The notes under the pieces are model-generated. The model saw nothing but the letters and a program-made list of their open reading frames with translations. It did no database searches and was not told the DNA's origin. This document shows, piece by piece, positions 58,101-64,000 of a stretch of DNA of 64,000 nucleotides. The position numbers and the translations under genes were made by a program. Origin of the DNA: Candidatus Omnitrophota bacterium (GTDB lineage Bacteria; Omnitrophota; Gorgyraeia; Tantalellales; Tantalellaceae); contig JAHJBY010000033.1 of assembly GCA_018813285.1 (NCBI GenBank), forward strand, positions 69,157 to 133,156, read 5' to 3'. Each line of letters opens with the position of its first letter. Position 1 is the stretch's first letter.

Positions 58101-61100
58101 CTGCCGTTTGACTGATTCAAAGATAAAGCTTTTTCATAATCTATCAATTTTTGTGCACGCGTCATGGGCGCGACTTCCGCGTATAAAAGATATGCGTTTG
58201 ACAATTCCCCAGTAACATCCGGGGCGTTTTCTCTGCCGCTTAACTTTTTCATAATAGATTTCGCTTTCCCGAACACCCTTTCTTTATATTTATCATCGGG
58301 TATGGCCTTCCCCTGTTCTATCAGCGCCTGTGCCAGCTTAAACCGGGCGGCATATCTCTTGCCGGCGCTGATATACCGCAAAGGAGCCTGCCACCACCCA
58401 TGCAGGGCTACGATCCTGCTGTGCGCCTTACCGGTAATCCTATCAAAATGTGATTTGAGTTCTTTTTTCCTGGTTTCATCCTCAATATTCTCGATATGTT
58501 CTTTAGCCGAAGAAACTTCATGGAGGACCTCCCGCAAGCGTTGTATTTTCGAGGCGGGTCTACGCAATACATCCCTCCATTTCCATTCCATTCTTTTTTC
58601 TATGCGCGCCTTCAGCGCTTCCACAAGTTTTGTTTTTATCTCGTCCAATTTATCTTTTGTTTCGTTTTTCTCTTTCTCATCAGTTATCTCATCGGGTTTG
58701 ATATTTTCTATCGCCTGCCGCGCGTACGTAATGACCTTCTCCTGTTCTTTCACTTTCCACGCGAATTCAATAACTTTCTCATAAAGCCCTGCATCTTTTC
58801 CATCCGCCTCGATCGCCTTGTCGTAATACTCAAACGTTTTCTTTCTATCATCGATAGGCCTGAAAATGAGATATTTACAGACTAAATACGCAACAATGAG
58901 TGTCCCGAGAGTTCCGATAACATAGGGCATTATTCCGTGCAGATGTGTACCGGCGGTTTCAAGCATGCCCATAAACTGCAGCACACCGACTCTGCGGCAA
59001 TACGACAACAACAGTAGCAAAGATAACAAAATAATGACTCCTCCAGCGCAAAGAACGACACTTTTCACGTCGCTATACGTCCTGTATCTGTTCATATAGC
59101 CTTCGGCGATCCCTGCATATGTCTCTTTTGAAACGTCTTTCAGCTTCTCGCATTTTCTGAAATCTGAAAATGCTTTTCCCTTCCAGTTCTTGTCACGATT
59201 TATCTCCGCCCTCAGAAGCCGCGCCTTAAGTTCCGCGTCGTTCAACCCGCCGGGCAACCTCTTCTTCATCCTGAACGAAAGAAACTTCCTTAACCTGGAA
59301 AAATCCTTCCATCTCAAGACCTCATTCAACTCTTCCAATGCCTCGTCCGTTCTGCCCACCAAAAGCTTAAGTGCTTCCGCTTTCAGCACCATCGCCTCCG
59401 CCGCGTAAGAAAGCACTCTTTTCGCCGATTCGACTGCTTTAAGACCCTCATCAGCGTATTCACTCGTAGCATCCGTATTCCCTTCCTTCGATTCCTCTTC
59501 GCTTTTTCCATTATACGCGGCCGCGAGAGCGATATAAGCTTTATGCAGTTCCAACGGATTATAAAGTATCCTCTCGAGTTTTATTGTAAGTTTGTGTGCT
59601 TCAAAATTGTATTTATCCTTTTCCACGGCTTTTTTCGCTTCAGCGAGCGCTTCCTCAAAATGGTTGAGGCTAAAATGCGCCCGGGCAAGCTTGTAATGCG
59701 CCTCGCTGTTTTCCGGGTCAAGTTTCACGGCCTCTTCGTACATAGCAATGGCGGAAAGGAGATTACGCGCGCGTTTTATCATTCCTTCTTCACCAAACTT
59801 TTCATATAAACCTTCTTCGTCCACTCCCGCAAACACATCCGCCTCATTGATCAACTGCTTGAAATCGCTTTTTGACAGCTCATAAGACGCTAATTCGTCT
59901 TCGGCGCTCTTTCTTTCCGTTTCAGGAATGATTTGAGTTTGTCTCGCGAGAAAACACTTTTTCTCTTCACCCGTCATATCATGCCAGGACTTCTGTTTCT
60001 TATCCGCATGACACGTCTTTATGTCCGTGTAAAGCACTTCAAGATCACTGATAAGTTTCTCGACATAAAGCGCTTTAAGATCATCGGCAAGTTTTTCAAC
60101 CACGTTCATCTTGCCTTTGCCTTTAGCGATAACATCTAAAATGGCGTCTTCAAGCCCCGGTTCTTCTGCCAAACGCGTAAGTTTAAACACGTCTTTTATC
60201 ACTTCCCGCAGAAATTCGTCAAACTCCGGTAATATCTCTCGACTTGACAGGTTTGACTTTTCGTACGCGAGGTCGATAAAACCTTCAAGTGCCGTAACGC
60301 GCGCCAGGCGGCTGATCTTACCGTTCATAAAAACAGCAAGCAGCAATCTCGCGAGTTTGCCGGTCTTGTCGTCTTTTTTAAGTTTTTCTGTTACATATTC
60401 CAGGAGTTCAAGCACCGGAAAATCCACTCCTTCGATCAATACTTTGTCCTTCTGTGCGCTCGCAAACGCCTCCGCCATCGCGTCAATCCCAACAACCTTT
60501 TTTGCCAGCCGTAGCCGCAGGTCCCGAAATCTTTCCTCAAGCATCCTTCGTTTCTTCCTGTCCGTTTCCGTATGTTTGATCCTTTCGAGTCTTTTGTCTA
60601 TTTCCCCTGTCAGCTCCACAAGCTTCTCTTTATAGCCATAAATATAATCCAACAACTTGTCGGCGACTTCCTCGGCGACCTTCTTCCCGTCGTCAGAATC
60701 GTCCGCCAATTCAACGGCATCAAGATAAGCGTTGCGCGCCCGTTGCAAAGCATCATCCCCCTTAGCATCATTTTCACCCTTTTCGGCTTTTCTTTTCTTT
60801 TCCTTCTCCTGCGCCTCGGCAAACTCTTTACTTGATTTTTCGACTTTTTTCTTCAATGTTTCTTTCTCTTCTTCCAATTTATCGAGTTTTTCTTTTATTT
60901 TTTGAACCCGTGCCTCTTTTTCTTTTATCGCTCCATCATTGCCTTCTTTTTGCTTACGAACTCCGAATATTTCCCCCTTAATTCTGCTTTGTTCTTCTAA
61001 TTGCAAAGCAAGTATCGCCTCATCAAGCTTCCCCCGAAGCTGATCGATTTCTTTGTCTAAAACGTCCCGTTCGCGTTTTAATCCATCCATTTCTCTTTGC

Positions 61101-64000
61101 AATTTACCTCGTTCTCCTGTCACCTCAACCAGATCCTTTTCCACCCTGCTTTTAAAGTCTTCATCCTCTCTTAACACTCTTTCCGCTTCCGCCCGCGCCC
61201 GCGCGGCTTCGATATAATCACCCGCCATCGCGTCAGCGTATTTTTTCCTGACAGAGGCATCATTCGGCGCTATTTTGACCGCACGCCTGAGCGCCCTGTA
61301 ATAAGCACTCAATGGATCACCCACATCGGTAACAACGGTCTGTTGGGAATGTAGCGCCAGGTACTTGTTGAGAAGGGCATTCGTCTCTTCAGCTTCAGCG
61401 TTCTTGCCCTCCCTGGCGTAAAGTCTTTCCTTCACTTTATGGGCAATGATAACGCGGTTGTTAAGCATGAAAAGTCTTTTTGTGAGAAGTTCCTTTTCTT
61501 CCTTCTGTAACGATTCCTCGAGCTCTTTTTCAAGTTCCTCCACCTCTTCCTTAAAAAGCTCTACAACCTTTCCATACTCCTCATTCGCCTCCTTATATTT
61601 TCCTTCCGTCTCAAATGTCCGCACCCGGAGTATATGCAATTCAAACTGCCTTTCTTTTGCCGTCCAAAGACGGATTCTTGCCTGTTTCTTTTCGGCTTCT
61701 TTAAACTCCATGACTGCCGTGTTATACTCATCTAACAAACTCTCTATCTTATCCAGAATCTGCCGGTTATTATCCGCAACTCGTTTCCTTTCAGGATCCC
61801 CGTTCAAGTCGGCGTAGACAATCCCGGCAAGAACATTCCTGACCGTTATGAGAATACCGGCCTTCTTTAACCTTATCTCATCGCTGCCTGTCTCCCTTAT
61901 TTCCAAATGAAAAGAAATAGGCCCAAACGCTCCGGCATCGTTAAAAATGCCCAAAAACCTGACCGCTTTTTCATAATTCCCGGCTTTGGTCATGTCACCT
62001 CTATTTTTTATAAATTTTTCAAAAAATTTCATAAACTTATCCACCCTGTCAATCCTGTCGCCCCGGATACCTAATACTTGTGTAACTATTTTCGTTTTTT
62101 CGTTATCGGAAATATCCGTATCCGGGGTGGAAATAACCTTTTCTAACATCATATCAAGCACCTCATCAAAACTGAACTGCCCGTCTTCGTCGCCTACCAG
62201 TTTGTCTTTATGCCATTGGATATGACCGATAATTACGCCAATAATTCCCGGGGACGGGCCTTCCATCCTTTCTATCTCACACTTAAGGAGTTTTACGAGA
62301 AAAGGTTTTCTCGTCTTCATCTCTTCCTTCAGCAACAAGTCTTTTACTTTTTTCAGCCTTGCCGTCGCATTGGCAAAGTTTTCAATATGAACATCTGTCA
62401 AAAGTCCCACGATCCTTTCCTCGTACCTCTTTTTTTCTTCTTCGGCCGCCATTTCCGCCAGGAGCGTATAAGTTTCTATCAAATCCTCGAGATCCGGTTC
62501 AGACATTATCGTTTTAGGCTTGCCATCTTCAAGTTTCTTATCTAACATCTTTTCCATACAAAACGCTTTTGCCATAAGAAGAAGCCGACTGTCAGGATGA
62601 TCTCTTAACTCTATATTCACCTGACCAAGGACATTTTTTATCGTCTCAAGCGTGATCCTTCCGTCATTCAACAAAACCTCAAAAACTCCAAATGCCGCAT
62701 CCCTCACTTCATCAGAATCCGATAAGAAGGGCCCAATTATATTGTTATAAACGGCATTTGCGTTATTAATCCAATTTTTTTCTCTTTTACGATAATTTTC
62801 ATCTCCCTCTCCTTCTTTTCTCGATAAATGCAGAAACCTGGATTTTTTCATCCATCCTAACCACGCCAAACGTAAATGGTCGCGTATTTCATTGACGTTT
62901 TCTATCCCGGCCGGCACGATTTCATTTGCAATCCTTTGTGCTTCCTTGAACTCCACAATTACAGCGCCGATAAACTTATCAAGATTACTCGTCTGCTCAA
63001 TGATGTCTTCAAAAACAGGAACAATTTTTTCCTCGACAATTTTCTTCACGGCTTCAGGGTTCTTGACCCCTTCCAGCTGGGCCTTGATCTCTTCCTGAGC
63101 AAGTTTTTTATATGCTTCTATGAGCTTTTTCCGTATTCCTGTCAATCTTGTCTTTTCGCTGTCAAGGTCGTCTTCTTTCCATGTTTTTTCCCCTTTTTCC
63201 CGGCTCTCCCCGACAATCTCCAGTTGTTCTGTAAACGCTTTTTCGGTCTCCGCCACTTCTCTGCGGACCTGCCAGAGGGCTGAAAACATCTGTTTTTCTT
63301 TTACTCCGGATAATTTGCCCAGCACATCCTCATGTAGCGTGGCTAAAACGTCATGACCCTTCTTGTTTTTTTCAAGCCACTCGACAAACCCCTCAAGATA
63401 TTCTTTTCGCCGTCTTCTGGCCGCCTTGACCCAAAGAATTCCCCCGTGCAACGTGTCGTAATCATCCGCACTGAAAAGCAAACGCGCCAAGCTTTCAAGA
63501 TTACGGACAGCCAGCTCTATTCTTTTCTCATGTTCCTCTTTTTCCTTATCGTCAGTGATCTCATTTGATTTCTCTTTCAGCGTCTTTACGTCTCTCTGCC
63601 CTTCGCTTAATACCTTTCTTACATGACTTTTTTGCCGGAAAATCCATTTGAAAAAGCTCCCGCGCTCTATCCTGACAGCGGTAAGGTTGCGTCGGATGTC
63701 ATCAAACAGTCTACGCCCTTCCTCATCAAGCGTTCCTCTCTCTTCTTCCGTCACGTCAAACCGCCTGAGCGCGTAACCCGCGACCATCCTGCCGGCGGCG
63801 AGGTTAATAACCCGCACTACGCCGTTACAAACAGCGTGAAGAAGCACGGCTATCGCGAAATACAGGATATACTGCGTATAAACTCCGGTAAGAAGACCCG
63901 GTAATAAATCGAAAAGGGGTGATATGTTACCCATAACGGCGGGAATGGATATATTGAGAAAGACCCCTAAAACGGCTGGGGGAAGGCGCGTTCCCCACAT
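52178..64000 (-). CDS. Giant (at least 3,940 aa; 5' end probably outside window) multi-TM, TPR and coiled-coil protein
   Basis: Uninterrupted 11.8-kb frame; TPR motifs such as AMYEEAVKLDPENSEAHYKLARAHFSLNHFEEA; coiled coils; three hydrophobic clusters. Confidence 0.9.
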   Translation of the reverse strand: MWGTRLPPAVLGVFLNISIPAVMGNISPLFDLLPGLLTGVYTQYILYFAIAVLLHAVCNGVVRVINLAAGRMVAGYALRRFDVTEEERGTLDEEGRRLFDDIRRNLTAVRIERGSFFKWIFRQKSHVRKVLSEGQRDVKTLKEKSNEITDDKEKEEHEKRIELAVRNLESLARLLFSADDYDTLHGGILWVKAARRRRKEYLEGFVEWLEKNKKGHDVLATLHEDVLGKLSGVKEKQMFSALWQVRREVAETEKAFTEQLEIVGESREKGEKTWKEDDLDSEKTRLTGIRKKLIEAYKKLAQEEIKAQLEGVKNPEAVKKIVEEKIVPVFEDIIEQTSNLDKFIGAVIVEFKEAQRIANEIVPAGIENVNEIRDHLRLAWLGWMKKSRFLHLSRKEGEGDENYRKREKNWINNANAVYNNIIGPFLSDSDEVRDAAFGVFEVLLNDGRITLETIKNVLGQVNIELRDHPDSRLLLMAKAFCMEKMLDKKLEDGKPKTIMSEPDLEDLIETYTLLAEMAAEEEKKRYEERIVGLLTDVHIENFANATARLKKVKDLLLKEEMKTRKPFLVKLLKCEIERMEGPSPGIIGVIIGHIQWHKDKLVGDEDGQFSFDEVLDMMLEKVISTPDTDISDNEKTKIVTQVLGIRGDRIDRVDKFMKFFEKFIKNRGDMTKAGNYEKAVRFLGIFNDAGAFGPISFHLEIRETGSDEIRLKKAGILITVRNVLAGIVYADLNGDPERKRVADNNRQILDKIESLLDEYNTAVMEFKEAEKKQARIRLWTAKERQFELHILRVRTFETEGKYKEANEEYGKVVELFKEEVEELEKELEESLQKEEKELLTKRLFMLNNRVIIAHKVKERLYAREGKNAEAEETNALLNKYLALHSQQTVVTDVGDPLSAYYRALRRAVKIAPNDASVRKKYADAMAGDYIEAARARAEAERVLREDEDFKSRVEKDLVEVTGERGKLQREMDGLKRERDVLDKEIDQLRGKLDEAILALQLEEQSRIKGEIFGVRKQKEGNDGAIKEKEARVQKIKEKLDKLEEEKETLKKKVEKSSKEFAEAQEKEKKRKAEKGENDAKGDDALQRARNAYLDAVELADDSDDGKKVAEEVADKLLDYIYGYKEKLVELTGEIDKRLERIKHTETDRKKRRMLEERFRDLRLRLAKKVVGIDAMAEAFASAQKDKVLIEGVDFPVLELLEYVTEKLKKDDKTGKLARLLLAVFMNGKISRLARVTALEGFIDLAYEKSNLSSREILPEFDEFLREVIKDVFKLTRLAEEPGLEDAILDVIAKGKGKMNVVEKLADDLKALYVEKLISDLEVLYTDIKTCHADKKQKSWHDMTGEEKKCFLARQTQIIPETERKSAEDELASYELSKSDFKQLINEADVFAGVDEEGLYEKFGEEGMIKRARNLLSAIAMYEEAVKLDPENSEAHYKLARAHFSLNHFEEALAEAKKAVEKDKYNFEAHKLTIKLERILYNPLELHKAYIALAAAYNGKSEEESKEGNTDATSEYADEGLKAVESAKRVLSYAAEAMVLKAEALKLLVGRTDEALEELNEVLRWKDFSRLRKFLSFRMKKRLPGGLNDAELKARLLRAEINRDKNWKGKAFSDFRKCEKLKDVSKETYAGIAEGYMNRYRTYSDVKSVVLCAGGVIILLSLLLLLSYCRRVGVLQFMGMLETAGTHLHGIMPYVIGTLGTLIVAYLVCKYLIFRPIDDRKKTFEYYDKAIEADGKDAGLYEKVIEFAWKVKEQEKVITYARQAIENIKPDEITDEKEKNETKDKLDEIKTKLVEALKARIEKRMEWKWRDVLRRPASKIQRLREVLHEVSSAKEHIENIEDETRKKELKSHFDRITGKAHSRIVALHGWWQAPLRYISAGKRYAARFKLAQALIEQGKAIPDDKYKERVFGKAKSIMKKLSGRENAPDVTGELSNAYLLYAEVAPMTRAQKLIDYEKALSLNQSNGRAHFKRGLLHLADGRTRPAADDLEKAVGEGLNDEDAADAHEKLIGLYEKSDDTAVKNNAKAQEHRVKLNELQRKKDAEIEKYVVTRKEKIKKAVRERNISVMAEKARETWKLGQKKEALEEYIKKFEKIPKRAGMTAAVRGRIGKLEKEVGPLNTDITGTFDSMKDISYEQLVYILRERGLDGEKRAGAISLLRWVISVKKTELGEYLNSSKLILAELLLQEADVSKIARTRIKESEELLNEFRAGDVENIDEWMLFYLLKAKLGLASDETRDVEETVAENLKEAIRLRYDSRHDDQIIELFVSWTSRIEELGGLGKSIPSRVQYFISDDGFKKVMFSAPHRAKKVSIVLLNERFGLNNGKLIIEVLEPKLLSVEDKTELLRLLMGQIRETMLVRGIVPTSVDLGALTLAIKKLENIKACRQYAYMIRGYIHRFRGRRMRARFRFWRAAKAGEEVKAESLFRSGIEAYERNDFSKAYSLFLKAEKSGYEKAELYRFMALSGRGLAEFEVSAKNMTESQKLFDLAIDNMEKARQLDEKLKEDSGFIDELRGMYKSVIEHMGAYSAGVDRDAAFVEKGVDYLEKMYEFFPDTFRTDSFAIGICIDVLQGAYSDLSSRKQRNNRPLLARLTVLKGLTYLKGEVRDFRKAEESFYRALWMDKRCVLAKVGLRDLALEEGREAEAEAVERNEEAAAEAIERHEEAVALDADFARKTAGQQMADIFVDRAKGQKKAGDRIEDLKKAAELSSTPENRLNLAEAYFDEGKFEEASRVLKELDAEDDLAGETRGEVKERVDKINKIRKNVNRTIAGSAKARQDLARFEKEEKEISKGITLLKGERARLETELRQLEKEGKDASIEKRRRREIISWIRSREDGLEDLLGSREKEILEKPYMKKDREEAVQKVSEDQKEEAERKKRLEQVRGLLERRKLSLKKNVAVAEKQKLEPSGLEDADKKPTVNLILGMAARALQNGELVRAEILLRKAQEIAPGSERLKDLSKELVFKGGDKARMDDLLKGHILTLSAKGKNAREKIQIYGDIISCHEEVYRIESGRKVSQETRERKQRRVEKLQKDADSGKAKAYDDVAAVIGGLKSDEFETVLEELPALLEKMFTFWKVRNENDKVFNLSVYLLKTIPYSKSADSVFEICIKEIGKSVLFDDGLRERKRKNLRKRLINDKVLIDGIKAISEKTFNETLAKELINLFFLNDGAYHAVLSAMLSRQGEKDKLFISTLLGHLNARFSETLIRAITGKGTFLPEIKTIREKVLLFDSIQNAVNNLGEIEFAEEELKTNLYFCLALMNLAARDFDGAIPFFDKSLKGEFRLKARRLLVHAYLGKGDRAGAFQVFYAMHKEAPYSSVVNSARNKLGIGKDDSILWNQTKFGMEHLLLAPFRERMVYFGVPLLLTQCLTPVITGLMGVSPSVQTSVLILASLQILSGIFFVLLHKHGWKTALLVTGLNIFMPFVIETGVWQLLTVAVALHSVVNLTAFITNTVVGRKAVPYATIRSGPASLPPTTKKMPPVITPVAVIGIVGADEGAMEKKYPIIKNYANIEFIAVKNKEAFEKIATEAGLKPHVLIEMREETDMEDAIKEAVRIAEIQALANMFPYLIHPYAGGLDEGAMMALEGKTLDDMGNILNVLQDVLPDEAHHDVLGSIMRDYYPRALAGEEFRFPSIVPGDNEKWADEYCKSAGEAVTADRDDSLSDEEKADLRDRFLGYHSGFVKYLNDNPKMPFGDLLDFKNMAAKHEDEKIKGMEKSLMELIPEVPKAIVIDTRFPGVDIGEMIPAIKAFADKRFYICVATTRDVPIPEEIISLKNVIPVVLDPNRKKENISNTVKEVLKSLEVKGVNIRPADVSMAAVESGALTENLINYMRAEGKENVPGFVLLGKNVLTDDAAGKRINRILPEVAVVSLLKRTLDEKDAPRIMAVECAEETLKRLEKGLKDILHLLIKITRLNIGEEIRQEIDAITKTAVAL

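Noticed and set aside
63998-64000. ATG at the window edge as the start of the giant gene
   Set aside because: It coincides with the window boundary and falls in the middle of a membrane module; the frame probably continues upstream.

Overview
Bacterial chromosomal window with almost all genes on the minus strand. Gene content suggests a PVC-superphylum, Ca. Omnitrophota-like organism; this is an inference from the giant TPR/TM gene, the 7TM kinase and gene order, not a verified assignment. From left to right: (1) a dcw cluster (partial ftsQ, ddl, murB, murC, murG, ftsW, murD, mraY, murF, murE, ftsI, ftsL-like, rsmH, small ORF, mraZ); (2) an accessory block: FadL-type porin, XRE-cupin regulator, and an operon of excisionase-like HTH, SRPBCC protein, acyl-ACP-reductase-like enzyme, 7TM-GAF histidine kinase, internally deleted receiver, intact receiver and GAF-HD-GYP; (3) housekeeping genes from pgpA to acyP; (4) an MntA/HepT toxin-antitoxin islet beside tRNA-Pro(CGG); (5) an FMN-riboswitch-led rib/nusB operon and CIRCE-controlled groES/groEL; (6) an APC-EIIA fusion, an AsmA-like gene and the C-terminal 11.8 kb of a giant (at least 3,940 aa) membrane/TPR protein. 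Best leads: a candidate lipid-signal (DSF-like architecture) synthesis/sensing cassette; a 114-bp IS200/IS605-type MITE inserted in frame in rimO; repeated CPBP/Abi-protease-like membrane modules in the giant protein; a 207-nt structured intergenic element; and a probable ATC start codon for murD. All calls come from reading the sequence by eye; no searches were run.
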